A DNA stretch of 64,000 bases from an uncultured Gammaproteobacteria bacterium (lineage in GTDB: Bacteria; Patescibacteriota; Microgenomatia; Levybacterales; GWA1-39-11), in contig CAZDED010000001.1 in NCBI GenBank assembly GCA_964504535.1, forward strand, positions 101,804 to 165,803, written 5' to 3'. The notes beneath the pieces were generated by a model. It had not been told where the DNA came from. It was given only the letters and a program-made list of their open reading frames with translations, and made no database searches. Numbering within the stretch: position 1 is the stretch's first letter; each line of letters opens with the position of its first letter. Below, piece after piece: positions 1-9,029 of this stretch. The translations under genes were made by a program, and so were the position numbers.

Positions 1-742
1 TGTTTGCTACAACAACACTGACGTTTGTCGTAAGATATGCATTGTTCAAAGATCCTTCCCCATTACCAGATATCATAAGAAGGCTATTTCCCAATCCATT
101 TGACCCGAAATATGCACTGTTGTTGATGTTTTTATTGTTTATTGTTGTTGAAGAGAAAATATTTCCCGTCGTGATACTTGTTGAACTACCATTATATGAA
201 GCTTTGTTATACCCGGTATTGGCGTTCGCTGTAATATTATTTGAAATATAGGCTGTATTATTTTGTCCAACAACAATGCTTGTCGAATTTGAGTTTACGG
301 CAACATTGGTAGAATCTGCACCATTACCAATTATATAGGTGGAGGAGTTATTTTGGCATCCACAATCGGTGTTTGCGTTGTTTGTATTGATATTTTGATT
401 GTTGACTGTTGTTGATGAATTTACTTCACCAGTTGTAACACTAGCACTTCCATTTGCATTATTTGATGTTGTGTTATTCCCAGTGTTTGAATTCGAGGTT
501 ACATTGTTATCAATGTTTGAATTATTGTTTTGCGATACCTGGGTATTATTTTGTGAGCTGACCTGAACTTGATTTGAAGAATCTGATCCATTTCCGTTGA
601 CTGTCACGACTATTTCGTCTGCTTTTACGTGGCTTGTTAACGTGAGATTTGCAACTAGGCAGATCAAAAATATGACTGCTTTTTTAGTCCATGAAATGGA
701 GAAGGTTTTTGGGACAGAAACTAGTCCCGAAAACTTCATCAT
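1..742 (-). CDS. Secreted Asn/Thr/Gly-rich repeat protein, paralog of the 3113-4387 protein. It is partial because the 3' end runs off the window start.
   Basis: I translated the minus strand by hand. It reads MMKFSGLVSVPKTFSISWTKKAVIFLICLVANLTLTSHVKA, which is a signal peptide, then VNGNGSDSS...NTGNN...CGCQNN...IIGNGADSTN... modules matching the GNGxxSxN / NTG repeat logic of the neighbouring genes. The ATG at 742-740 overlaps the TGA stop of the upstream gene (ctATGAtg). It is absent from the ORF track only because no stop codon falls inside the window. Confidence 0.6.
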   Translation of the reverse strand, partial: MMKFSGLVSVPKTFSISWTKKAVIFLICLVANLTLTSHVKADEIVVTVNGNGSDSSNQVQVSSQNNTQVSQNNNSNIDNNVTSNSNTGNNTTSNNANGSASVTTGEVNSSTTVNNQNINTNNANTDCGCQNNSSTYIIGNGADSTNVAVNSNSTSIVVGQNNTAYISNNITANANTGYNKASYNGSSTSITTGNIFSSTTINNKNINNSAYFGSNGLGNSLLMISGNGEGSLNNAYLTTNVSVVVAN

Positions 743-3000
743 AGGAAGAGATGTATTCCCCGGATTGCGAGTGTTCGGACAGGAACAAATGATTTTTTAG
801 CCAAGAATGCAATTCCAAAGAGTGGAAGTGCAAGGAGCAACCATGCGAGATTTAGAGAAATTGTCTTTTTAGCTACTGTCGCAGAACCGTCTTGCCCTAC
901 GCTTTTTGCAACAGTAGCGTCATTGTAAGTGGTCCCTCCTCCAGTAGTAATGCCTTGTACGCTTCCACCTGAGGTGTTTGTATTCCCGGTTGTTCGGACT
1001 ATATTTTGAGCTACTGCATTTCCGGTTGCTGCAGATACTATTGATGAACCGTTTGAATTTGAATTCCCATTATTATTATTGTTGTTTGATCCACCCGTAG
1101 ATCCACCTGATGTAGTGTTATGAGCTTGTTGCTGTTGGTTTGGCCCTACAAAGTCACCAATCCAGCTTCCGAAAACATTAACAACTGTGACTACTAGTTT
1201 TCCGCCGCCGGTTATATTGTTGTTGACGAAGTTAACGAGATTTGCGATGACATTTACATCTCCTGTTTTGATGTTTGAATTTCCGCCTGTGTTGTAATTT
1301 GCATCATTTCCACCAGTGTTGGCATCAAGGTTTACATTATTTTCAATCTTTGCGTTGTTGGTTTGGGTTGTTGTTGAGTTGTTGGTTGTGTTGTTATTTG
1401 CAGTATTTGTTGAATTGTCACCATTTCCTGAGTTTGAAGTATTGGCACCAAGTGCAGTAACTTCACCTGTTATTGGATCTACTTCAAATTCAGTCCCTGC
1501 GCTTCCAGCCATTGTTGCACCATCTGGGGATCCAACGATTTTTCCTATCCATTTGCCAGCTTGGTTTACGATAACCAACCACCATGTGCCCCCATCAATA
1601 TTCGTATTTGCGACATTGAGGACATTGGCAACTACATTTGATGCTCCTGTTTCGATTCCTGAATTTCCACCGGTGTTAAAACTTGAATCATTGTTTCCTG
1701 TTGTTCCATTTATGTTGACATTGTTGTCGATAGTGGCGTTATTGGTCTGGGTTGTTGTTGCGTTGTTAGTTGTGTTGTTACTTGCAGTATTTGTTGAATT
1801 GTCACCATTTCCTGAATTTGAGGTTGATGAAGATCCACACGTGGTACAAAGGAGTGAATCAATAGTTGATTGTGGCAAGAGTATATCTCCTACCAAGTTT
1901 CCATATATATTGACTACGTTGTAGAGCACATTCCCTGCGATATTATTGTTTGCCATCGTCAAGACATTTGCACTAACATTTGCATCCCCTGTCGTAATAT
2001 TTGAGTCTCCACCGGTGTTAAAGCTCGTGTCATTTCCTCCAGAATTTGCAGATAGATTGAGGGTGCTACCAATTACAGCGTCGTTTGACTGATCAGTTAC
2101 ACTATTATTTGTCGTGTTATTTGAAGCATTATTTGTGGAGTTTGCTCCATTTGCCGTGTTTGAAGTGTTGTTTGTTGCACCGCATCCGTTTGTACAACTA
2201 CTTGTTGCATTTCCTGGAGCAAGAACAATATCTCCCGTGTGATTATCAGCGATGTCAAATGTTGCAACCGCAACTCCATCAACATTTGTGTTAAGTGATG
2301 TAATTACGGTTCCTGTCGTATTTGCATCTCCTGTTGTAATAGAAGAATCACCAACATTGAAAGAAGCATTATTGTTTCCTGTATTGGTACCTGCTGTTAG
2401 ATTGTTTGCTACATTTGCACTATTGTGCTGGCCAGTGGTAGCTGAATTACTGTCTGTTGATGAGGCACTGTTATTTGATCCAATACCATTTTCTGAATTC
2501 GTAACTGATGCTCCACCTAAGCAGGTGTTGCACCCTCCATCAACAGCGGCGTTATTGTTACCAGTTGTTGTAATCCCAGAATTATTGGTAGCATCCCCAG
2601 TTCCAATTGTTGTGTCTCCTACATTGCCGCTTCCATTAGTTGCACCGGTTCCTGATGTCGTATTAGGATTAACTTCCTGATTTTGAGCAGGTGCATCTCC
2701 ACTATGTCCCTCATCGTTATTGTTTGGTGCTGGTGGTGGGGTAGGTGCACTAGGTGGTGTACTGTTGTTGTTCTGTGGAGGGGTTGGTGCGGATGGCGCT
2801 TGATGAGGTGCATCATTATGTTGTGGAGGTGTTGGTGCACTAGGTGCTGAAGGTGCGCTTGGAGCCGATGGAGCTGAAGGTGCGCTTGGAGCAGATGGAG
2901 CATCTTCTGCAAGAGCCGCAATCGGAGCTGCAAGCTTTCCTACAAAAATAACGAGTATTAATGTTAGCGACAGTAGTTGTTGTATTCTTTTGAGTGTCAT
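739..3000 (-). CDS. Large (753 aa) secreted surface protein with low-complexity repeat modules separated by Cys pairs and a C-terminal hydrophobic anchor.
   Basis: It has an N-terminal signal peptide (MTLKRIQQLLSLTLILVIFVGKLAAPIAALA), a (SAP)n and TPPQ/PAP proline-rich linker, and an Asn/Thr-rich body. The body carries a repeated ~75-aa module (SNSGNGDNSTNTA-NNTTNN-TTTQTNNA-I-NNVN-TGGND-FNTGGNS-I-TG--NV-ANV) separated by CxxC/CxC pairs (CNTC, CTNGC, CTTC). The C-terminus is hydrophobic with basic residues (ISLNLAWLLLALPLFGIAFLAKK). Confidence 0.75.
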   Translation of the reverse strand: MTLKRIQQLLSLTLILVIFVGKLAAPIAALAEDAPSAPSAPSAPSAPSAPSAPSAPTPPQHNDAPHQAPSAPTPPQNNNSTPPSAPTPPPAPNNNDEGHSGDAPAQNQEVNPNTTSGTGATNGSGNVGDTTIGTGDATNNSGITTTGNNNAAVDGGCNTCLGGASVTNSENGIGSNNSASSTDSNSATTGQHNSANVANNLTAGTNTGNNNASFNVGDSSITTGDANTTGTVITSLNTNVDGVAVATFDIADNHTGDIVLAPGNATSSCTNGCGATNNTSNTANGANSTNNASNNTTNNSVTDQSNDAVIGSTLNLSANSGGNDTSFNTGGDSNITTGDANVSANVLTMANNNIAGNVLYNVVNIYGNLVGDILLPQSTIDSLLCTTCGSSSTSNSGNGDNSTNTASNNTTNNATTTQTNNATIDNNVNINGTTGNNDSSFNTGGNSGIETGASNVVANVLNVANTNIDGGTWWLVIVNQAGKWIGKIVGSPDGATMAGSAGTEFEVDPITGEVTALGANTSNSGNGDNSTNTANNNTTNNSTTTQTNNAKIENNVNLDANTGGNDANYNTGGNSNIKTGDVNVIANLVNFVNNNITGGGKLVVTVVNVFGSWIGDFVGPNQQQQAHNTTSGGSTGGSNNNNNNGNSNSNGSSIVSAATGNAVAQNIVRTTGNTNTSGGSVQGITTGGGTTYNDATVAKSVGQDGSATVAKKTISLNLAWLLLALPLFGIAFLAKKSFVPVRTLAIRGIHLFL
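2822..2905. repeat. In-frame tandem DNA repeat: two near-perfect 27-nt units (tgaaggtgcgcttggagcNgatggagc) plus a degenerate leading copy, encoding the (SAP)n linker.
   Basis: Direct reading gives copies at 2848-2874 and 2875-2901 that differ at one base. The preceding 2822-2847 is a diverged copy. The translated product is SAPSAPSAPSAPSAPSAP. Confidence 0.6.
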
Positions 3001-3057
3001 ATTTATCTTTTTAAGTTTTATGTTTATAGTTTTAAGTTTTTTTTGTTTTCAAAACTT

Positions 3058-3097
3058 GTAGGGTGATCTTGTCGAAGTGCTAACAAAAGCACCCTAC
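3058..3097 (-). terminator. Candidate hairpin terminator downstream of the 3113-4387 gene.
   Basis: The arms GTAGGGTG (3058-3065) and CACCCTAC (3090-3097) form an 8-bp stem with an inner GTGCT..AGCAC stem. On the minus strand it is followed by a modest AAGUUUUG U-tract. Confidence 0.35.
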
Positions 3098-3112
3098 TTG
3101 TTCCGTATCAAA

Positions 3113-4387
3113 CTAAACGTGCATTCCGAAGAATGCCATTAAAGCTTGAAAGTTGAAAGAAACAGAAACACTTGAATTTCCAGGCATTGGAATTACAAAT
3201 GGTGCTCCTCCAACAGTGTTGACATTACCGCTGTTAGAAACATCGGTTACGTCAGTTGCTGCTCCGGTGTTGATAGCTGGATCAGATCCAGTTTCTCCGG
3301 TGTTAAGGTCAGCATCGTTACCTCCGGTCTTAGCAGTTGCTTCGACATCGTTATTGAGGTAAGAATTGTTTCCTTGTCCAACGTTATTAGCGTTAACTAA
3401 ATCAAGAAGGATAGTATTATCATTCTTGTTCCAGAAGTCATAACCATGATGGCCATGTCCTTGAGGTGTAGCGCCATTTCCGTCGATCTTAGCAAGAACG
3501 TCAGTGACGCATCCGCAGTCGAGGTTAGCTGAATTAAAGTTAACCATATTATCTACGTTTGCTTCTGACCAAGCAGCTCCGGTGCCGATCATTACATCGC
3601 CTCCGGTGTTAAACCCTGCATCGTTGTATCCTGTCTTCGCTTTTGATTCAACATCGTTATTAACGGTTGCTGAATTATTTTGTGAAACAGTGTTGGTATT
3701 AGCGAGTTTAGCGTCAATCCAGTTGTCGCTACCTGCACCATTACCAGAAATTACAAAAGAAGCAGAATTGTGTCCAGCTCCAGCTCCGCCTCCGATCATT
3801 GCAGAATTTGCATTCGCAACGGTCGTAACGTTTGCTACAGCTGTAGCAGCTCCAGCGCCGATCATTACATCGCCTCCAGTGTTGCTATTTGCTGTGTTGC
3901 CACCACTATTTGCCTTGTTCTCAACTTTGTTGGTAACGTTAGCAACGTTATTTTGTCCGATAGAATTTACATTCGTATCTTTCAAAGTAACGGTATTGTC
4001 AGAATAAGCTCCGTTTCCGGATATTTTGACATCAGTGTCTCCTTCACAATTGCATCCTGCAATTTGAGCAGCATTGCTGTTCAAAGTGTTGGTCACGTTT
4101 GCAACGGTTGTAGCTTTTCCAGTGCCGATTTGTACATCGCCGCCTGTGTTAAAACCAGCTTTATTGTTTCCTGTGTCTGCATTTGAGGTAACATTGTTGG
4201 TGACATTTGCTGTGTTATTCTGAGAAACAGTGTTTGTGTTGGTTTGATTAACTGTTGTGTAGTTATCTGAACCAGCTCCGTTTCCAGAAATTTGAATTGT
4301 AGTATCCGCAAGAACTGGAGATGCTACGCTTACGAGTAGAGATCCAGCTGCGACTACTGAGAAAATTTGTTTTTTGAAATTTGTCAT
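3113..4387 (-). CDS. Secreted Asn/Thr/Gly-rich repeat protein (424 aa) with four ~95-aa modules separated by CNC/CGC Cys pairs.
   Basis: The signal peptide is MTNFKKQIFSVVAAGSLLVSVASPVLA. The repeated module is I/VSGNGAxSDN...NTNTVSQNN-A-V-N-V-S-A-TG-N-AGFNTGGDV-IGTG-A---ANV-N. Cys pairs occur in IAGCNCEGD and LDCGCVTD. An AAAGGAGG RBS lies 8 nt upstream of the ATG at 4387. Confidence 0.75.
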   Translation of the reverse strand: MTNFKKQIFSVVAAGSLLVSVASPVLADTTIQISGNGAGSDNYTTVNQTNTNTVSQNNTANVTNNVTSNADTGNNKAGFNTGGDVQIGTGKATTVANVTNTLNSNAAQIAGCNCEGDTDVKISGNGAYSDNTVTLKDTNVNSIGQNNVANVTNKVENKANSGGNTANSNTGGDVMIGAGAATAVANVTTVANANSAMIGGGAGAGHNSASFVISGNGAGSDNWIDAKLANTNTVSQNNSATVNNDVESKAKTGYNDAGFNTGGDVMIGTGAAWSEANVDNMVNFNSANLDCGCVTDVLAKIDGNGATPQGHGHHGYDFWNKNDNTILLDLVNANNVGQGNNSYLNNDVEATAKTGGNDADLNTGETGSDPAINTGAATDVTDVSNSGNVNTVGGAPFVIPMPGNSSVSVSFNFQALMAFFGMHV

Positions 4388-4471
4388 ATATATTTCACCT
4401 CCTTTGGTTTAAGATTTCTTTTTCAAGAGCACTTCGTTTCTCCCGCCTAATTTTATTTCCGGTAGCCCCAA

Positions 4472-4530
4472 GAAACAAAAAAACGGAGACTTCCGCACAC
4501 AAAAATTGATTGTGTGAAGAAGCCTCCGTT
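4472..4530 (-). terminator. Rho-independent terminator for the 4609-4848 gene on the minus strand.
   Basis: The arms at 4484-4504 and 4509-4529 (aaacggagacttccgcacaca / tgtgtgaagaagcctccgttt) form a ~19-bp imperfect stem. On the transcribed minus strand it is followed by UUUUUUUGUUUCUU, the complement of the A-run at 4472-4483. Confidence 0.55.
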
Positions 4531-4608
4531 TGCGGTCAGCTCTATCTAATTACCCTAACTTATATACTATATAAATAGTAGTGTCAAGACCTATTTAGCT
4601 ACTTATAG

Positions 4609-4848
4609 CTATCTAATCTTTACAGAACTTTTTTGTATATGGGAATGGGTTTCCATGTGACTTGTAACACTATGCGATTCTTGCCTTTCAATATCCATAC
4701 TTGTCTTGTGGATATTCCTAACTATGATCTGAGTGATGACTTTATTTTGGACGAAAATTTCAATGCTACCGTATTTAACGCTTTCTAAAGCCGTCTTTAT
4801 TTCGGCTAGTAGATGGTTGGGGATATTATTCTGGTTTGAATTGGTCAT
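4609..4848 (-). CDS. Small DUF2292 (YezD-like) protein with a His-rich tail.
   Basis: The 79-aa product has a core (LLAEIKTALESVKYGSIEIFVQNKVITQIIVRNIHK) matching the GS-x-EI-x-V-x-N/DG-x-V-x-QI pattern of DUF2292. The tail is SHSVTSHMETHSHIQ. Confidence 0.5.
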   Translation of the reverse strand: MTNSNQNNIPNHLLAEIKTALESVKYGSIEIFVQNKVITQIIVRNIHKTSMDIERQESHSVTSHMETHSHIQKSSVKIR

Positions 4849-4890
4849 ACGAAGTCAAACGATCACTTAATTTGAATTTCGATTTAAAAT

Positions 4891-5496
4891 TTAGAACTTA
4901 AAGTTGAGATCGATATTTTGTTTTGATCCATCAATCTCTCCAACTTTCATATGGATTGTCTTTTTGGTATCTGCGTCGTCAAGTGCGATTCCTACTCTTG
5001 TGAATTTGGTTGATATTGCTTGTACTTCGACTGGGTCATTGTGGATGTCAGCTGCAAGTTGCTCATTTGCATCCCCTGCAGTAATGATCCTGATATAGTC
5101 TCTTGTATTTAGTTGAATTGTCTTCTTTAGATTGTTTGTAATTTTTAGATTTACGATAAGAAATTCCCGTCCAGAAACTGCAGTTGCACGTTGTCCTTGG
5201 ACAATGATCTGTTTTTGGATATTGACCGACTGGATCATGTATTCAAAATTACCAACAACTGCTCCTTTTTCATCTTTTAATGGGAACATGAATTTTCTGT
5301 CTAAATTAATGGTCGAAAGTGCATTTGGAGCTGCAACTTGATTTGAGTCAGCTGGTCTACTCTGTGCATCCGGAAGAGATTTCACAAGACTTACAATTGA
5401 AGCGAAAACTACAAAACCTAATATCAGAGGAAAGATAACTTTTAGATATTTTTTATCGAATTTAAATTTATTTCCGGACATTCGTGGAAATTTCAT
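4891..5496 (-). CDS. DUF4352-like membrane-anchored extracytoplasmic protein. The true start is probably the internal Met (MKFPRM), not the 5739 ORF start.
   Basis: Starting from MKFPRMSGNKFKFDKKYLKVIFPLILGFVVFASIVSLV gives a basic N-terminus plus a TM anchor. The C-terminal domain (FLIVNLKITNN...IQLNTRDYIRIITAGDANEQLAADIHNDPVEVQAISTKFTRVGIALDD) fits the DUF4352 pattern. The upstream 81 codons overlap the divergent gene and have no features. Confidence 0.55.
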   Translation of the reverse strand: MKFPRMSGNKFKFDKKYLKVIFPLILGFVVFASIVSLVKSLPDAQSRPADSNQVAAPNALSTINLDRKFMFPLKDEKGAVVGNFEYMIQSVNIQKQIIVQGQRATAVSGREFLIVNLKITNNLKKTIQLNTRDYIRIITAGDANEQLAADIHNDPVEVQAISTKFTRVGIALDDADTKKTIHMKVGEIDGSKQNIDLNFKF

Positions 5497-5801
5497 TCTT
5501 TGTGCGCGAGAAGTAGCTCCTTCTGACGCTTTGTTGATACCACTACTCATTGGGTTATAGATGCTTGAGAAAAGTTGGAAAGAGAAGTTTTTAATTTTTG
5601 CAAGAAGTACTTCAAAATTAACGCTTGGAAGGGTTAATGTGACTTCTACTTTTTTTGTTGTTGCCAGAGTTGTATGTTGTGACATATGAACGCGGGCAGT
5701 TGTATTGGGGATATTAACAAACGGTACAAACTGTGTCAAGAGGAAAATATACGAAAATATGTAATTCCCAAATTTATAGTAATGATGATAATATAATATG
5801 T

Positions 5802-7064
5802 ATGAAAAATAATTTAAAAAGCCTCAAAAATATTTTATTAACACCATTACGTCTATTTTTTAAACTTACGTTGAAGCGCAAGATTATAGTAATTATACTT
5901 GGCATTATAACCTTTGCAGCTATCTCTCAGACTGTATCAAACATCACAAAACCATCCCCCTATACTACTGAAAAAGTCAAAAGAGCAAATATTACTGAGA
6001 TAGTCACAGAGTCCGGTAACATCGTGGCCAGCGGAAAGAATGATGTTTATTCACCAACCAATGGGGTTGTGACTGAGACATATGTTGACAATGGTTCCCG
6101 CGTCACAGAAGGACAAAAATTATATATGGTAAAAAGCTCAGCGACAGATCAAGAAGCACAAGCGGCAAATGCAAATTACCTGTCAGCGGTTGCAACACTT
6201 AATGCGGCAGAGGCTGGTGCCAACACCCTAAGAGCTGATATGTATACAAAATGGGATACCTTCAGAAATCTCGCGACCAACTCCACCTACGAGAAAGGTG
6301 ATCAATCACCTAATACTGAGCAAAGGATGTCTGCTGAATTTCAATCAACCCAAGACACATGGTTGGCTGCTGAGAAAAAATTCAAAGATCAGCAAACCGC
6401 AATCCAACAAGCAAGGTCTCTCGTCGCATCAACATACAACCTGTACAAGGCAACTCAGGATGCAGTCGTCACTGCCCCAGTTGCAGGTACTATAGAAAAT
6501 TTGGCTGTTACGAAAGGGTCTACTGTTTCAATTAAAAGCTCGACACTTACTGGAGTTTCTTCTCCTACTCTTATTATATCTTCCGATTCAACTAGTGAGG
6601 TTGCAATAAAGTTATCCGAAACCGATATCTCAAAAGTGGAGCAAGGACAACGGGCGATTGTTTCGGTCAATTCAGTTTCTGATAAGACGTACAAAGGAAA
6701 AGTTGCCAGAGTTGACTCGATTGGAACCGACACTCAAGGTGTAGTTACATATAGTGTCTATGTTGAGATCACAAATCCAGACAACAAGATAAGACAAGGC
6801 ATGACGGTTGATGCGGACATAGTTACAAAGGAAATAAATAGCACCATAAGTGTGCCTAACTCTTCGATAAAACCTTATCAAGGAGGAAAAGCGGTAAGAA
6901 TACCTGATAGTAGTATAAAGGAAAAATACCGTTACGTTCCTGTTGTCGTTGGGATCAGAGGTACTGAAAGAACCCAAATAATAAAAGGAGTGAGTGAAGG
7001 ACAAACAGTTATTACCGCCGTATTAAATGAGAACATAAAAAGACCCGGATTGTTCGGAAATTAA
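5802..7064 (+). CDS. HlyD-family periplasmic adaptor (membrane-fusion protein), MacA-like. The likely start is MKNNLK at 5802.
   Basis: It has an N-terminal TM (KIIVIILGIITFAAISQ), a biotin-lipoyl-like hairpin (VYSPTNGVVTETYVDNGSRVTEGQKLYMV ... VTAPVAGTIENLAVTKGSTV), a long coiled-coil in between and a beta-barrel C-terminus. It is followed by ABC ATPase and permease genes. Confidence 0.8.
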   Translation: MKNNLKSLKNILLTPLRLFFKLTLKRKIIVIILGIITFAAISQTVSNITKPSPYTTEKVKRANITEIVTESGNIVASGKNDVYSPTNGVVTETYVDNGSRVTEGQKLYMVKSSATDQEAQAANANYLSAVATLNAAEAGANTLRADMYTKWDTFRNLATNSTYEKGDQSPNTEQRMSAEFQSTQDTWLAAEKKFKDQQTAIQQARSLVASTYNLYKATQDAVVTAPVAGTIENLAVTKGSTVSIKSSTLTGVSSPTLIISSDSTSEVAIKLSETDISKVEQGQRAIVSVNSVSDKTYKGKVARVDSIGTDTQGVVTYSVYVEITNPDNKIRQGMTVDADIVTKEINSTISVPNSSIKPYQGGKAVRIPDSSIKEKYRYVPVVVGIRGTERTQIIKGVSEGQTVITAVLNENIKRPGLFGN

Positions 7065-7074
7065 AGATCGTGAA

Positions 7075-7770
7075 ATGTCAAAAAGTGTCCCCCTCATTGA
7101 ACTTGCAGATATAACAAAAGAATATTTACTTGGTAATGGTGAAATTTATCACGCGATCAAAAAACTAAGCTTGAAGATATTTGAAGGTGAATTTGTTGCT
7201 ATCATGGGTCCTTCAGGAAGTGGCAAATCAACGACGATGCATATTTTAGGTGCTCTTGATATTCCTACCCGCGGAAAATATTTATTTAAAGGAAAAAACA
7301 TAGAAAATTATTCCGAAGATCGGCTTGCCGAAATTCGGAACCGCGAGATTGGATTTGTTTTTCAGTCTTTCAACCTACTCCCAAGGACTACCGTTCTAAA
7401 AAATGTTGAAAGACCCATGATCTATGCAGGCATTCACGAGTCGGAACGCAAAAAAAGGGCTATGGATGCCCTTAGAATGGTAGGTATTGAAGATAAAGCT
7501 AACAACCTATCCAATCAAATTTCTGGAGGCCAAATCCAACGGGTCGCTATCGCCCGTGCCCTGGTTATGAACCCTTCAATAATTCTTGCCGATGAACCGA
7601 CAGGAAATTTAGACAGCAAAACATCCCATGAAATCATGAAATTCCTAGATGGGCTCAATAAGAACGGAAGAACTATTGTAATAATCACTCACGAACCAGA
7701 CATCGCCGAATATGCAAAAAGAGTCATTAAAATCATGGACGGAACAATAATTTCTGACACAAAAAAATAA
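7075..7770 (+). CDS. ABC transporter ATP-binding protein, MacB/LolD family.
   Basis: Walker A is GPSGSGKST, the ABC signature is [15 protein letters not shown], Walker B is [11 protein letters not shown], and the H-loop is ITHEP. Confidence 0.9.
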   Translation: MSKSVPLIELADITKEYLLGNGEIYHAIKKLSLKIFEGEFVAIMGPSGSGKSTTMHILGALDIPTRGKYLFKGKNIENYSEDRLAEIRNREIGFVFQSFNLLPRTTVLKNVERPMIYAGIHESERKKRAMDALRMVGIEDKANNLSNQISGGQIQRVAIARALVMNPSIILADEPTGNLDSKTSHEIMKFLDGLNKNGRTIVIITHEPDIAEYAKRVIKIMDGTIISDTKK

Positions 7771-7771
7771 C

Positions 7772-8983
7772 ATGGAATATAAGGAAATCTTTAAAAGCGC
7801 AATACAAGCATTGAAAAATAACGTTTTAAGGACGTCACTCACAATGCTTGGAATAATTATCGGAATTACAGCCGTAATACTGATTTATTCAATTGGCCAA
7901 GGAGCTGTTGCTTTCATCACTGGAGAGCTTGCTTCATTTGGAACTGACTATTTTCAAATAAATCCCGGTACGAGTCAATTAAGCACTTTTGCTGGATCCA
8001 AAGCTCTCTCTTTTGATGATCTAGACATGATAAAAGATGATAAATCTCTAACAAATATAAAAAGTGTTGCTCCATTTGCAATGACATCAGTCAAAATATC
8101 AGCGAATGGTGAGGAAAAAGACTTATTGGTGTACGGAAGCACACACGAGGCAGCTGAAATATTGAGACCGGACATCATAAGTGGAGAATTTATAACAGAA
8201 GAACAAGAACTCTCTTCAGAAAAAGTAATAGTTCTCGGAAAGGATACGGCAGAAACATTTTTTGGAGTTGATTCCTCTCCAATTGGCGAAACGGTTAGAA
8301 TAAATAACAAAATATTTCGTGTGACAGGAGTCCTGTCATCATCTAGTGCGCTTGCTGGAGGATTTATCAACAATTCCGTCTTTATCCCAATTGATGTAGT
8401 AACAAAAGAGATTGTTGGGGATGAAGTGCTTCAAGAAATTGACATAAGTGTCCATGACCAGAACATCATCAATCAAACGATGGAAGACGTCGAAACTCTT
8501 CTTCGCGACAATCACAACCTAAAAGAAGGTGATGAAAACGACTTTAGAATCTCAAGCGCTCAAGATATCCTAACCACGGTTCAGACAATAACCAGCCTAT
8601 TAACCGCAATGATTGCTGGAATCTCTGGAATCTCTCTTGTCGTTGGAGGAGTCGGGGTTATGAATATCATGCTTGTTTCAGTAACTGAACGCACCAAAGA
8701 GATAGGACTCTTAAAAGCGATTGGTGCAAAGCAAAAAGATATTTTAACCCAATTTCTAATGGAGTCAGTTGTCATGACTCTTATCGGGGGTCTTATAGGA
8801 ATAGCACTTGGTATCACTGGTGCTTTTGTTGTTTCAAAAGCCGCAAATATTCCGTTTGTCGTTAGTTTTCCTGCAATCCTAATTGCAGTTGGGGTCTCAA
8901 CTCTTGTGGGAATCGTATTTGGTCTTTACCCTGCAAGGCGTGCCGCTCGACTCTCACCAATTGACGCTCTCAGATATGAATAA
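7772..8983 (+). CDS. ABC transporter permease of the FtsX/MacB type, with a periplasmic domain plus a 4-TM FtsX domain.
   Basis: It has an N-terminal TM, a large extracytoplasmic domain and a C-terminal FtsX-like 3-TM bundle (LLTAMIAGISGISLVVGGVGVMNIMLVSVTERTKEIGLLKAIGA). It starts 2 nt after the ATPase gene. Confidence 0.85.
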   Translation: MEYKEIFKSAIQALKNNVLRTSLTMLGIIIGITAVILIYSIGQGAVAFITGELASFGTDYFQINPGTSQLSTFAGSKALSFDDLDMIKDDKSLTNIKSVAPFAMTSVKISANGEEKDLLVYGSTHEAAEILRPDIISGEFITEEQELSSEKVIVLGKDTAETFFGVDSSPIGETVRINNKIFRVTGVLSSSSALAGGFINNSVFIPIDVVTKEIVGDEVLQEIDISVHDQNIINQTMEDVETLLRDNHNLKEGDENDFRISSAQDILTTVQTITSLLTAMIAGISGISLVVGGVGVMNIMLVSVTERTKEIGLLKAIGAKQKDILTQFLMESVVMTLIGGLIGIALGITGAFVVSKAANIPFVVSFPAILIAVGVSTLVGIVFGLYPARRAARLSPIDALRYE

Positions 8984-9029
8984 ACCTCTTGCCTAATTGG
9001 CAGTTGACTGATACAATTGATAACAATAT

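Noticed and set aside
1275-2680. Plus-strand ORFs (1275-1460, 1316-1924, 2085-2294, 2252-2680) inside the 753-aa surface-protein gene.
   Set aside because: They lie antisense to a clearly coding low-complexity gene. Their products are hydrophobic or leucine-rich artefacts of the N/T/G codon bias and have no RBS.
3153-4186. Plus-strand ORFs 3153-3362, 3504-4007 and 3770-4186, and minus-strand 4093-4311.
   Set aside because: They are antisense or alternative-frame readings of the 3113-4387 repeat-protein gene. The repetitive composition generates long spurious ORFs.
5733-5801. N-terminal extensions of the two divergent genes: the 5733 start of the adaptor gene, and codons 1-81 of the 4891-5739 ORF.
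   Set aside because: The extensions overlap each other on opposite strands and lack features. Internal Met starts give a TM anchor or basic N-terminus consistent with the protein families.
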